Below, one piece after another: positions 1-14,697 of a stretch of 64,000 nt of DNA. The position numbers were made by a program, and so were the translations under genes. The DNA is from the human T2T-CHM13v2.0 reference genome, Homo sapiens. Below the pieces are notes generated by a model. It saw only the letters and a program-made list of their open reading frames with translations, had not been told where the DNA came from and made no database searches. The stretch is taken from NCBI RefSeq assembly GCF_009914755.1, contig NC_060927.1; one strand, 5' to 3'. Every line of letters begins with the position of its first letter. The first letter of the stretch is position 1.

Positions 1-897
<897 letters not shown>

Positions 898-931
898 TTA
901 TGCAAGAAATAAAAGCTCTTGAAAACTTTAG

Positions 932-1290
932 GTTTTTTTTTTAACTTGGGGTATAATTTACATACAGTAAAATTTATCAGTTTTAAGTGTGCAGTTTGAT
1001 GAGTTTTGACAAATCTGACCACCGCCATAATCAAGATGTGGAATATATCCATTGCTTCAAAAAAAATCTTTCATGGTCTTTTGCAGCAGGTCCCCCTCCT
1101 CCTCACCCCCCAGGCACTAGCAACCACTGATCTGCTTTCTGTAACTATAGTTTTTTCTTTTCTAGAATTTCATATAATACAACACAAGTCTTTTGTGCCT
1201 GACTTCTTTTTTCGTAACATAATGCTTTTGGGGTTCATTTTTGTTGTTGCAAGTATTAGTATCAGTAATTCATTCCTTTCTAGTGCATAG
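932..1290 (-). mobile_element. old L1M (L1MC/ME-like) 3' end fragment
   Basis: gtataatttacatacagtaaaatt..ttttaagtgtgcagtttgatgagttttgacaaat; caaccactgatctgctttct. Confidence 0.7.
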
Positions 1291-2539
1291 TTTAGCTGTC
1301 AGCCTGGAATTGTGTAGTTAATGTTTTGAATATAAGCCATTTTCTTTGTGTGGTTCTCTGACAATCAGTATTTTCCCTTTACATTTCCAGCTGCTTTTCC
1401 AGCCCTGAACTCTAATCTTGGTTACATGTTGTTGATGAGGCTGTAGTTTTCCCCAGCTGTTTTGCAGCCATTGTTGTGTGTGGTAGGTGGATACTGTCTC
1501 CAAGCTAAGAAGCCAAAAATTCACAATTTATACTTCTTCCATTTGCAATTTTTTGAAATTAAACTCTCTTCCCGTTTCCATCTATATTTTGGACATTTTC
1601 CAGTATTTGACATAGTTTTTAAAATGTAATCTTTATAATTCTTATCTGCTGGGAGTCCACAGGACCACCTCTTTGTCAATAGTGGAAACTGAGTGTCCTC
1701 CTAGAAAGCTTTTGGGATTAAATAAGTATCTTTAAATGACTGTCTCTGTACACAGAAGTATTTGGTTTAATGTTTTTGACCATATTTTTTAAAATGTGGA
1801 TGTTTAAAGAAGTATTGCCTTTTTAAATGTTTACGGTAAATGAGGACTGTCTCATTACTACCTATTACGCCACTATTGCTTTCATAAACTCCTTCCAAAA
1901 CAGATTACCTGTTATTCCACAAACTCATGTTGAACTTTCCTACCACTGTGCCTTTGCTTTGATTTCATGTTGTTAGCCACAATTTTTAAAATGTAAATTT
2001 TATGTATTTGTGGACATTGTAGATTTTATGTTTTTGTAGAAAGGTAGAATTCATATCTTTGACCATAATTTCAAGAATGTAAATATTTATACAGATACTG
2101 TCACTTTTTTCCTGAGCATAAATGAAGACTGCTTCTCATTACTTTCATTTTACTACCTTTCACTCCCCTGTTATTCTCTTGGTCTCCTTCCAGACTGCAT
2201 TGTTTTCTATCTCACAAAGCCATGATGAGCTTTTCTCCTGTCCCTTTGCTCATGCTGTCCTAGCTTCCTGAAATGTTCTCCCTTATTTGCCCTGGATTTT
2301 CAGCCTGTTGAATGTTCTTCTTTTAAAGCACATGTCAAATATGACTGTCTTGTTAAATTTTTTTCATATACTTTACCTTTGAATACAGCTATTAATGTTT
2401 TGTTCTTAATCTCCTCTACTTAATATTAAACATCTTATTTCTGTTTCTCTTATTGTGGAAGTGTCTTGCATGTTGTGGTTGTGTGGTATGTCTTTAACTG
2501 GCCATAGTAACTACATTATCTTAAATTTAAACTTTCTTT

Positions 2540-3037
<498 letters not shown>

Positions 3038-4384
3038 TTAATTTTATAGCCATGTTTTAGTTTTCTTAGGAGAAAATAAGGTCAATTATAAAGTCATATA
3101 TGACTATAGAGAAGTTACACTTCTAATTCATTTGTCTTAACCATTATTACATAACAAAGAGAACTTTAAAGCATAATAAATTATTTTCTTAGCAGTATTT
3201 TCATAATGTTTGATATTATGCTACTAGAGTTCTCCCTCTCTATACAATAGGACAAGCACAGAATTTAGACTCATTCACAATCTATTATGTTTGTATTTCA
3301 GAAAAACTAGAAACAATTTCTACCATTTATGTGCTAGTTTTCATAAGAAATTTTTATTTGTTCTGAGTTGTTCCTTGTATTATTGAACTAGCCAAAGAAA
3401 ACACCCTGAAACCAATTACTTTACTGCCAATTTATATAGCTGTTCTCTTCAGGATTCTGGAATACAAAATATATTGTTGCTGTTACGTTTCAAATAGATT
3501 GCTGTAAACTTAGGAGACTTCCAACCTTCCTTATAAAGTATTATACATTTGGTGACTGAGATACTCTGACAACTGATTTTTAATTCCAATTAAGATCACC
3601 TGCAGGTGACTTGACACACAATTACCATCTCATGTGTATACATTGAACATTGACTTCCTTTGGCTCCAGGAAGTATCTACCTCTCTTCTTTCTAGAGCCC
3701 TAAACATACTTCCCATCCTCAGATTCTGGAACCACTGCTGCCGCCACTACTCAGGGAAAATATGTTTCACATATTCCAGATTCAAACTGAAAATATAATT
3801 TCACCAAAGAAGGAAAGTTTGTTGCTATTGGACTAGTCTTTCCATATCCCTGGGTCAGATAGGCTTTTGTGGGCTTTTCTGGGAACCTAACTCTGTTTAT
3901 AAGGTTGTTCATGTGGGAAACAGTGTTTCAGGTCTCAAACAGCTAATTAAGAAGTGAACTTTTGACAATGAAAATCCAAAAATTAGAGCCATCTGACATG
4001 ACACTAGGTAACGTAAAGTACCTCTTTGGAAATCTTGAATTGGTCAGTAACCATTGAGGCCTCATTGCCTGAGATCAGGATATTATCTCAGAAAAAACCC
4101 GTTGTCAACCATATTTATTTATTCATTAATCTATTCTGCAAAATATTTGATCTCTACCTATGTGCCAAGGAGTAGTATATGTGCTAGAGATAGAACAGTA
4201 AATAAAATGATATCCCTGGCCTCAGGGATCTTATATTCTTCTGGGAGGATGTACATAAAGTAAACATTCTATAAATCAATTTCCCTGTTTCATGTATGAA
4301 GTTATGTTGTGAGTTGTAACACAAATAAAATTTGCAGCATATTATTCTGCCCTTGTAATACAGCATTATAGGTTTTTGAGCTGA

Positions 4385-4638
4385 GTAATAATAATAAGCA
4401 CTTTTATAGCAATTAGTATGAGCCAGGTTCTGTCCTAAGTGCTTCTTCAGTATGTTAGCTGATTTAATGTTTATAGGAACCCTATAAGATATGATTAATA
4501 TTATCCTCATTTTATAGAGGAGCAAAGTGGGACACGGAGAGATTAAGTCCAAGGTCATTTAGTGAGTATTACAAATTAAGATTTGGGCCACCACAGTTTA
4601 ACCCCAAGCATCTATGCTTTTAACCGTTGTGCTATACT
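4385..4638 (-). mobile_element. MIR
   Basis: ttatcctcattttatagaggagcaaagtgggacacggagagattaagt..caaggtca, the reverse-complement MIR core. Confidence 0.8.
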
Positions 4639-5222
4639 ATCTTACCTTTTAAAATTGATATTGTGACAGATTTTCGTATCCTTTATGAAATTTTCTTGGT
4701 GGTTATCGCGGCGATCACTTATCTAAAGCATTTCTATTTCTTTAACATTCTAGGTTATTTCCTCATATTTCATACTAAACAAACTATTTCCTCTGTTTCT
4801 GATGCTAAACTAACTAAAATATAAATTGTATCTAGTATCTGCATTTCTATCAACTCATATTTATCTTTAGCATTAGGTTTAGTTTTGTATACCAAAATCC
4901 AAAATAAGTTATTAAAATGTTGTTTTAGATCTGCTTTCTCTAACTTCTAAAAAAACTGGAATTTAGTAGCAAAATTGTTGGGTTTCAGCTTATTCCATTT
5001 TTCAAAATTAAGCTAAAATTGCCAATAAATAGTAAAAGGAAGAAAAAAGGGAAGTAGAATAAAAGTCCTGAACTCTAAAAGCCAGATGGTTTCTGTAGCA
5101 TATAGACTTACAGAATTTTGTCTAAGGGGTTAGTAAAACCGATTTTACTTTACTTCTTAATATTATGTCTATATACTTGATATTATTTTTAAATATTAAT
5201 TTATTGATCTCTTTCTTTTTAG

Positions 5223-5312
5223 TACACTGTGTGGAATTTTGTTCCAAAAAATTTATTTGAACAGTTCAGAAGAGTGGCAAACTTTTATTTTCTTATTATA
5301 TTTTTGGTTCAG
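5223..5312 (+). CDS. ATP11B: ATP11B coding exon (probably exon 3), 90 nt, phase 0-0
   Basis: ttttag|...CAG|gtaagc; translates [30 protein letters not shown], the P4-ATPase N-terminal motif and TM1. Confidence 0.96.
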
Positions 5313-6774
5313 GTAAGCTTTATTACTCAATATTAAGTTTGTAAACATAGTTTCTAAAAATATGTCTTGGAACAAAGAAAAATTACATTGTGTTGCTAAT
5401 CATTTGACCATGTGACCATTTTTTCTGCAGTGCTTCTGCATTGTATTCAGTGAATACAATGATCTGTCATATCTAGATTTCTAAAAGAAATAGCCTGTAA
5501 ACTTTAAGATCAATTGTATATTGTTTCATCAATAATGTGCTGTAGTACTTAGATTAACCATAATCTTAGCTAAGAGTGTAACCTAATATCTTTCAGATAT
5601 TCTGCCTCAGAACATAAATGTTTAGGCTTTTAATATATAGTTCATATTTTCGGTACATTTCTGCCTGTGGAATCATCTTTGTACAAAGTAAAGTTTTCTT
5701 TGGCTTTTAATTTTTTAATTTAAATTTAACTTAAATTTAAGTTATTTAATAAGAATTGTAATTTTTAAGTATCCCTGTGGGTAAAGTTTTTTTTTTTTCC
5801 AGGAGACTGTTTTCTTTGCTTAAGTCTGTGTTTATTATAGGCTGTTAGACAGTTTCTTAATTTTCACCTTGTGCTTAAAAAAATTATATATGTATATAAA
5901 ATCAAGAGAACTTGAGTATAAATCAAGATTTTAAAATAGTGATGGCCATTTTCCTTTAAAGAAGTTATTCTTTTCCGATAAAACTTGGCAATTTCAGTGT
6001 AGCATCAAATACATAAACTCTGAACTCTTCTCTCAGTAGAACCTGGGATTTCAAATGAAAAATTGAAACTTGTCAAATAATCATTTTAATGCTTTAGGAA
6101 ACATTTACTTTTTAAAAAGAAAAAATTGCTTTCTTTCATGAACAGACAAGGAACTTCTGATTTTCTGCCCATAGACCGTTCGCTTGGCTTTCTTGGAAAA
6201 GCAAGAAATGTATGCTAACCATATCCACGTAACATCCATACATTTGTGAAATCACTAGCTAAGATGAATTCAGCTTGTCCATGGAATAGAACAAATTTAA
6301 TGGGCCTATCCGGAGTAAAGGAACATCATTTTCCTAGTTATCCACCTCTGGCTCTGTTGGATGTAACAAAATCACTTATAGAAAAAAATTCTTTCCATAG
6401 TCCCATTCCTAGTTTTCTTTCCCTAGTGTTGATATCATTCTGAATCCAAGGGTAAAAATTGCTGACAGACTCTTCAGCATTTATCAGGATGTGCAAAGAA
6501 ATGTGAAACGAGATCTGAGTAGCTGTAGTTCCACTCCTTGGCGAATATTGAAGAACTTTGTGTTTAAACATAGTTGCTGAGTCCAGTCTAGCCATGTATG
6601 TGGATAGGCAATAGATTTAAATAGTCTTCCAACCCCACATAATAGCCAACAAAGTGAAGTTGTGAAATCGTGAACTAAAGTATACTCACTGTGTAATGTG
6701 AAATTTTAGATGTTAATAGTGTGATGTGCACAATATAAAAATATAATATTCTGTATTCTTTTTTATAAATCTAG

Positions 6775-6855
6775 CTTATGATTGATACACCTACCAGTCC
6801 AGTTACCAGTGGACTTCCATTATTCTTTGTGATAACAGTAACTGCCATAAAGCAG
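6775..6855 (+). CDS. ATP11B: ATP11B coding exon (~4), 81 nt, TM2
   Basis: ctag|...CAG|gtatga; LMIDTPTSPVTSGLPLFFVITVTAIKQ; in frame with previous exon. Confidence 0.96.
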
Positions 6856-7274
6856 GTATGAAATACTTTCTTTTTTTAATTTTCCTCTAAGTCATTTAGA
6901 AGTTGCTAAATATTTCCACTCCAAAGTAACATTTATTGTTGTGAAAATAATTTCCATAAGAAAGCAGCAAATTTGTCTGATACGTAGTAAAATTAAACTG
7001 AATTAGCCACTCTGTTATATTTCAGGTACCTGGTGACTCATGGAATGATTAACATCGTTAAAATATGTAGTTCCCTTGACAGAGCTAGAAAGCATCCAAA
7101 AACAAGTATTGTATATGTATAAACCATTTATATATGAAATAGATTTCTTAATTATAATCATCTTTGTAGAGTTTGGTGATATTTAAAGGAAATACAATTC
7201 AAAAGAGATATGTTTATAGAGAGCAGGGTATATACTTCTGGTGTGAACATTTGTGAGTAAAAACTATGTAGTTC

Positions 7275-7442
7275 AAAAATTAGGGTGTGGTAGCACATAC
7301 CTGTGGTCCCAGCTACTTGGTGGGCTGAGGTGGGAGGAACGCTTGAGCCCAGGAGGTAGAGGCTGCCCTGAGCCGTGATTATGTCACTGCACTCCCACCT
7401 GGTTGACAGAGTGAGATCCTGTCTCAAAAAAAAAAAAAAAAA
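7275..7442 (+). mobile_element. AluJ/FRAM-type right monomer
   Basis: cccagctacttgg..cttgagcccaggaggtagaggctgc followed by an A tail. Confidence 0.88.
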
Positions 7443-8069
7443 TGTATAGTCCTTTTCTGCTGTTTACAACTTTCTCTTATGAGTTTAGTTTTTATGTATT
7501 TTCCCCCTGGGGAAATATTTTCAATCAGAGCATGAATTGACATTAAAATCTAGTTACAGAGAAACAAGGTTATTAGATAAACATATAGAATAAGAAGGAA
7601 ATTCATAGAAATGTCCTGTTGATTTAGCTACTACTTCTCAAAAAGGTCTTGGCAGGGTTTCAGTTATACAGAGATGATTCCTTCCACCTGCAAGAGAATT
7701 AACTGAATTTTCTCAGGCAAATGTGAATTTTTCATTTTATAAGATGTAGGGATAAGGCATAAATTGACATGGAAATAAAATTGACAAACATTTTACAGTT
7801 CTGGGATGAAGTATATTCTTTATTGCATACATAAGAAAGATAGAGGAGCCTATAGATTAACAATTAGATTATGCATCTACATGTCAGAGAATACTAGGCC
7901 ACAGCTCTAAGTTCGATTTTACTTTCTTCACTTTTCCATTGGAGATTAAAATGTGTGTATATCAGTCGATATGCATTTAAATCACTCCATATAATTATTC
8001 ACCTGATGAATATTTACTTTGATGAAATAAATGACAAACAGATGTCATTTATTTCAACAAAGTAACATG

Positions 8070-9087
8070 TTTGTCCTTTGGACCTCGTTTCTATATATAC
8101 TTTCACCTTAGGTAATTTCATCCCATCCAGCAGAATGAAGTTACCATCTCTATGATGATGGTTCCCAAATTTATGTTTATCCTGAAACTATTCTTTGAAC
8201 TCCAAACACACATGTACAACTGTTTGTACAACATTTCAACTTTGTCATCTCACAAGAATCTCAAACATGACTCGATTTTTTTCCCCCTCAAAAACTATAC
8301 TACTAGTTCTTGTTATTCTGCAGTTTATTAAATGGCACTACCATCCAACCACCGCAAGCCTTGACATCATCATCCTTTGACTGTTCTGTTTTATCCCTAC
8401 CTTCAAGATCTCCCTCATTAGTCCAAGCCACCATCATCTTTTGTCTGGACAATTGCATTCTTTTCTGAAGAGTTCTCTCATTTCCGCTCTTACTCTCCTA
8501 TGGTTTTCACAGAGCAGCCAGATTGATCTCTTAAAATCAGATCACACTACCCTCCCACTTAAAGCTACTGAACAGTAGCTTTGCATCACCACTTTGACCA
8601 AAACATGTCTTTTCAGTGATCTACAAAGACATAAAGACGTACAGAGTCTAGACCCTGGTTCCTTCTTCATTTCCTACCATTTTTTTTTTTTAAACTCACT
8701 GTGCTGCAGCTACACTCCTCTACTTGTCCTCGAACACAGTAAGCATGCTCCTATCTCAAGATTTTATGACTTGCTGTACTTTCTTCCTGGAAAGTTCTTC
8801 TGCCAGATAATTGCATTCTCAATTCATTTTACTCTATACTTAAACTTTGACCACCATGCCACTCTTATTTCTTAGTCTGTCCTTTTTTTCCTTCATATCA
8901 TTTATTCTTTTGTTCTATTGATAAAAGTTGGTATTTTAGTTTATCCGTCACTTTCATTTGAATGTCTAGCTCTACGGTGCCAGATAATTTACTCTATATA
9001 CCTGCTTATTTCCCATTAGCAGAACAAGACCATGCACATATTGGGCCTTCAGTAGTTGTTTAACAGATGAATAAATGAATGAATGAA
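8070..9087 (+). mobile_element. L2 3' portion
   Basis: Pyrimidine-rich L2 body ending in the typical (gaat/aaat)n tail at 9065-9087. Confidence 0.75.
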
Positions 9088-10046
9088 CTTATTGGATATT
9101 TTTAAAGCCATGTAAAATGTTGCAATACCTCTTGTCCTTATTTCCCAATGTATATTTGGCCAAATATGGACTGCATTTAACTGGAATATGATACCATTAA
9201 CTGAGTTGAAAAAAAGTTGGTGAATTTTTATCTACAAGTAAGAGTTTAATATAATCATAATAATAATTGACAATCAGTCTCCTTCCAAAATTGGTTTAAG
9301 TAAAAGTGAATAAAGGCAGAAAGCAAAAAGGTTATGCCTAGAACCTGTGTTAGTATGATTATTAAATATGAGTACTAAATTTAGATGAGAGCTTCATAAC
9401 TAAGGCAAAAGGGGGAAATATAAAAGGTCATATAGTTTTCAAAGAGAAAATTTGAACCACAAAGATTTTCTCCTTAACTCAAAACAAAATTTTGACACTC
9501 AGAGTTTTCTCTTTTGCAACAACTATTCCTAACTTTTTCTCATTTAAATACACAGAATACTTCCATATATTGTTCAGATTTATGTATCTATTTATTACTG
9601 TAGATCAATAGAACAAATTTTGGAAAAACTGTAAAAGTGAAAGTTGCCATGTTCCAACCTTTCTTTCTTATCTTCTCCCCTTTTAGTCTGCCTTTTCCCT
9701 TTGTACTTCTATCAAAATAGGAAAAGGCTCCATTATCAATTACTTACACTTTAATATGAATGAGGTTGTCAGTTGTTTGCTTGTTTTTAGCTTCTCCCAA
9801 CTGTATTTACATATTAAGTCTTCTCTCCAATTGTGTAATGCAAGATACAGTGCTGTAGGAAATAAGATAGTCTTTGCCCTCCACGATTCTAAAACCTATG
9901 AAATAGGAAGGTAAGACCAAATATAAAAATAATTATGGTTCAATAGAGTAGTAGTAAAATCCAGTGAGCTGTAGCTAGCTATTCAGAGAAGGAAGGGAAC
10001 ACTTCATCTGGATGATCAGAGACGGTTTTGTGGAGGAAATATTATT

Positions 10047-10852
10047 ATTATTATTTTTAAATAAATTTAAGAATTTATTCAAGTAAGGGTCATATTTCAA
10101 ATCAGTAGGTAAAATATCAGACAATAAATTGTGATATGATAATCACTTGAATATTTAGAAAAAATATTTGGATTCATACTTCATACCATATAGGAAAATA
10201 AAACATTTGGATTACTAAGCTGAATATACATAACTACAAAATAATAGAAGTAAATACAGATGAAATTTTATCTCATTTTCAATTTGGGAATTAATCAGTT
10301 AATCTACTGGTGTAAGAAAGGAAAGGTATCATATAGGAAAAATAAAATGTGAGTGTTTAAAAGAAGTCTGAATAATATTAAAAGCAAAAATGAAACTGAA
10401 AAATTTGTGTTCTGTGTAACAAAGGGCCTATGTCCTTAATTTTATCTTTTTTAGAGTCTCATTCTGTTGTCCAGGCTGGAGAGCAGTAGTGCAATCAGAG
10501 TTCATTGCAGCCTTGACCTCCCAGGCTCAGGTGATCCTTCCACCTCAGCCTACCAAATAGCTGGGACTACAGTTGCGTGCCACCACACCCAGCTAATTTT
10601 TGTTATTTTTTTTGTAGAGACAGGGTTTCGCCATGTTGCCGGGTCTGGTCTCCAACTCCTGGGCTCAAGCGATTCTCTCCCTTCGGCCTCCCAAAGTGAT
10701 GTAATTACAGGCTTGAGTCACCACGCCCAGCTGATCTTAATTTTAAAAGATATTTTACCAAGAGCACATACCTAAATAAGGAAAAGGCATGGATCATCTC
10801 CAAGAAAAGAATTGCCAAATTGCTGATAAATAGATGAAAATATGAATTCTCA
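10047..10852 (-). mobile_element. TSD-flanked retroposed segment containing old L1M sequence and an AluJ, interrupting an L2
   Basis: tggaggaaatattatt at 10031-10046 and 10853-10868; minus-strand AATAAA at 10074-10079 and an A-rich tail. Confidence 0.65.
10447..10732 (-). mobile_element. AluJ
   Basis: Reverse-complement Alu with J-type ctcctgggctcaagcgat; TSD cttaatttta. Confidence 0.92.
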
Positions 10853-11875
10853 TGGAGGAAATATTATTGAGTTTTGGAATATGGGTAAAATGACAGTTGA
10901 GGAAGAAGATGAGGTAGAAATGAACTACTTGGGCAAAGGCCCAAGTGCAAGAAAAGGCAAGACCTATTTTGGGGAATTGTAAGTCTAACTAATGTTTGAT
11001 CCTATTTAGGAAAGTACTACAAGGTAATAGAAGTATAGGTTGGTTCTAAATTAAGGAAGCCAGAAGATGCTTTGTTGTAAGCATTGAGAATCACTGAAGG
11101 GGTTCTGAGCAGGATAGTGAATCAAGACAATGCTTTGGGAAGATTAATCTGGCAGTAATGTGTAGGATGGATTAGAATTTATGAGCTTGTATTAGAAAAA
11201 GATGTTTGAATTATCGTTGCTCTGCTATTAATGTCATCTGACTGTAAAGAAAAGTGTGCTTTTGACAGTTTCAGAAAAAATATTTTGACTTTCAATTAAA
11301 TTTCTCTAAAATGACATACTGCAACTTAAATAAGGCCAACATAATTTAGGTGTCTTAAGAGTGCTTTCCCACAAGGTTTCCATCTGAAAACAGTATACCT
11401 TCAAAATAGTCTTTCATATTTTGCTTTTTATTTTATAATTTCATAATATTTTAAAAATAATAGATGCACATTTTTTTAAGGGAAACAGCACAAAATAGAA
11501 TATAGTAAGTCTTAGACTCCTAACTCCCAGTCTCCTAGTTCTCCTACCCAGGGAGCAATTATTTGTAAGTTAGTCCAGATATCTATGCAAAGTGTTCACA
11601 TAGGCAAGCATATTTTTTCACAAATGGTAACATAGAACAGAACCTATTCTGTACCTTACCTTTTTATTCACTTACTCTTTCTTAGATATGATTCCATTAT
11701 CTATACTTGTGCCGTATCTCTGAGTTCTTGAATTTTCTTAAAATGGCATAGGAAGTCTTTTCCACTTAAAAGATCGCCATTCCTTAATATTTAATCAAAA
11801 GATTCTTTGTGAAATGCTTGTGTCTGTTTCCTTCCTAGTGATGATCCATACAGGCTAACATATTTTTGTTAAGCA

Positions 11876-12363
11876 CAATTGACCCTTGAACAATGCAGGG
11901 ATTAGGGGAACCCCTTATGCAATTGAAAATTCATGTATAAGTTTTGACTCTCCCAAAACTTAACTACTGATAGTCTACTGTTCATCAGAAGCCTTACCAA
12001 TATCATAAGACAGTCATTTAACACATATTTTGTGTGTTATATGTATTATATACTGTATTCTTAAAGTCAGCTAGAGAAAAGAACATGTTTTTAAGAGGAT
12101 CATAAGGAAGACAATATATTTACTATTCATGAAGTGGAAATGGATCGTGTTTAGGGTCTTCATCCTTGTCTTCACATTGAGCAGACTGAGGAGGAAGAGG
12201 AGAGGTTGGTCTTGCTGTCTCAGGGGTGGCAGAGGTACAAGAGGTAGAGGAGGTGAATAGGGAGGAAGATGATTTAGGTACACTCAGTATAACTTTTAGT
12301 GAAAACAATCCGTGTATGAGTGGACCTGTGCAGTACAAACCTGTGTTGTTCAAGGGTCAACTG
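11876..12363. mobile_element. Tigger2-family non-autonomous DNA transposon (Tigger2a/MER28-like)
   Basis: TIRs caattgacccttgaacaa ... ttgttcaagggtcaactg followed by TA. Confidence 0.85.
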
Positions 12364-13138
12364 TACTAATTATAATTCTGTCAGTCTGTTGTTTAAGAAA
12401 GTAAAAGAACACAATCTCAGTTCCAAAAATCTGCTCATTTTTTTCTACTTATTGTCTGTAATGCTCTGTGAATTTATACTTTATGATTAAAATATCATTT
12501 GTACATAGAAACAATAGAATTTAGTGATTGCATAGATGTTAGGAAAAGGGTAGGAATTAAGAATGACTCCCCAGATTTCTGGCAAGAACAGCTTGGTAGA
12601 TGGTGATGTTATTTGTCAAGATGGGAAACATTGGACATGCAGCACACTTTCAGGACATCATCTGTTTGGTTCTGAATATGTTTAAGACATTTATGAGACA
12701 TCAAAATTGAGATATTAATAAAGCAATTAGGTATTCAAGTTTGGAGTTCAAAAGAGATATATGGCTGGAGATACACATTTTGGAATTACCAGCATATTTA
12801 TACTATTTGAAGACACAGGGATAGAAGAAATCTCTTAGTGAGAAAGAGGAATGTGAGAAAAGGATCCATAAAGGTGACATCGAAGGAGCCTCCTTAAGGA
12901 AATTGAGAAGAAATAACTAGAGGTCCTGTGAAAGCCAGGAAAATGTATATGACAAAAAAGAAGCAAGTGTTTCCAGTAGGAACAAATATCAGATACCTAT
13001 GAGCATGTGCATCCAAATAGCCTCATATGATTCTGGAATGTAGTGTTCCAGGGAAGTTTTTGAGTTTTTTTTCTTATTTGATAAAAGTATCTTCAAATTA
13101 TACTGAAAAATTATTTTTTACCCTTTGGATATTTACAG

Positions 13139-13246
13139 GGATATGAAGATTGGTTACGGCATAACTCAGATAATGAAGTAAATGGAGCTCCTGTTTATGT
13201 TGTTCGAAGTGGTGGCCTTGTAAAAACTAGATCAAAAAACATTCGG
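13139..13246 (+). CDS. ATP11B: ATP11B coding exon (~5), 108 nt
   Basis: ttacag|...CGG|gtatgc; GYEDWLRHNSDNEVNGAPVYVVRSGGLVKTRSKNIR. Confidence 0.96.
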
Positions 13247-13445
13247 GTATGCATCTGGTAAATAATGGAAATCAACTTTATCTTGATATCACAGGACATA
13301 ATTCTAATCTTGATATTACGTTTTAGTTAAAAGCCTACTTTCCTATGCTAAAATACTGTGATAGGCTGCTTCTTTAGAGCCCAATAAAAGTAAGTCCTTG
13401 CCTTTTAAAATTTATAAATTCACTCTTCCCCAAAATTCTTTATAG

Positions 13446-13574
13446 GTGGGTGATATTGTTCGAATAGCCAAAGATGAAATTTTTCCTGCAGACTTGGTGC
13501 TTCTGTCCTCAGATCGACTGGATGGTTCCTGTCACGTTACAACTGCTAGTTTGGACGGAGAAACTAACCTGAAG
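13446..13574 (+). CDS. ATP11B: ATP11B coding exon (~6), 129 nt, actuator domain with DGET
   Basis: tatag|...AAG|gtttgc; [43 protein letters not shown]; DGET is the P4-ATPase-specific A-domain motif. Confidence 0.97.
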
Positions 13575-14174
13575 GTTTGCTTGCATATGTTTGAGTATTG
13601 CTCTTGGTGAACAAAGTGTCTTTGGATTATAATTATACTTAACTTTGGTTAAAGTAGTAAAGTTTGACCAGATTAAGGGGAAGTTTTTAAAATTACTATT
13701 TCAAAAATAAAAAGGTTTTAAGAAAGAATTGATGTTATATCTTTATTTCAAGGGTAGCCTCACATGGGTTTAATCCAAGTTAAAAACAGAAGGTGTTTTT
13801 AGGAAAAATATAATCTTTTACTATTTGTGGTACTTTTAAAAGATAAGGGACAAATTTATATTTTCTCAGTTTTCAGAGGGTAATCAAAGGTGAAAATTCA
13901 CAGTTTTTCCTATTAAATTACTTATGATAAAGTAATAGTGACTATGCACACAGACTTAATTTCCTTATGTGCAAATGGCCTCTTTAGACAGGTAATGATA
14001 GTAGCTTCCTTTGCCCCTTGTTTATTTTACATGTTTCTTTCTCTTCTGTTGTCTAGCTGAGTGATCTCAAGTACAGTATGCCATTACTTTACCTATAAAA
14101 GAGATTTGAAATAACTGATATTGAAGGTCGCAATTTGGATCTGAAAACTCTACAGTTTAATTCATTTTTTTCAG

Positions 14175-14278
14175 ACACATGTGGCAGTTCCAGAAACAGC
14201 ATTATTACAAACAGTTGCCAATTTGGACACTCTAGTAGCTGTAATAGAATGCCAGCAACCAGAAGCAGACTTATACAG
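14175..14278 (+). CDS. ATP11B: ATP11B coding exon (~7), 104 nt, phase 0-2
   Basis: tttcag|...CAG|gtatgg; THVAVPETALLQTVANLDTLVAVIECQQPEADLY(R). Confidence 0.95.
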
Positions 14279-14655
14279 GTATGGTGTGATATTCAGTATA
14301 CTTATTTTAAGTCCTATTTACAGACCTCATTTTTAAATAACCATAAACATAAAATGAAATCTTTAGCTAATTGGAGACTGTATTTGTGGGGTGGGTTGGT
14401 GGGAGATGCAATTAATGGTGAAAAAAACTAAGAGCAGAAATTGCTAGAATTCTAAGCAAAAGATAATAGTTCAAAGCCAGAGTTTATATTCACAAGTTTC
14501 TTCACATTACCTTCTATTTTGCTATGAACTAGCATGCTCACTTTGTAGCTATAACAGTAGTTATAGTAGACATAAGATTATTTTCTTAGAAGAAAATAAT
14601 GATTTTTTTGGTAAGCTCCATGAAGCCAGGGACTATGTCTTTGTTTTTACCACTA

Positions 14656-14697
14656 TAGAGGATACTGCTTTTAAATTAGAGGATACTACTTTTAAAT
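14656..14697 (+). repeat. 2 x 21-bp tandem duplication
   Basis: tagaggatactgcttttaaat / tagaggatactacttttaaat (1 mismatch). Confidence 0.9.

Noticed and set aside
5727-5744. Perfect 18-bp palindrome taacttaaatttaagtta
   Set aside because: Short and inside AT low-complexity sequence, so plausible by chance or slippage
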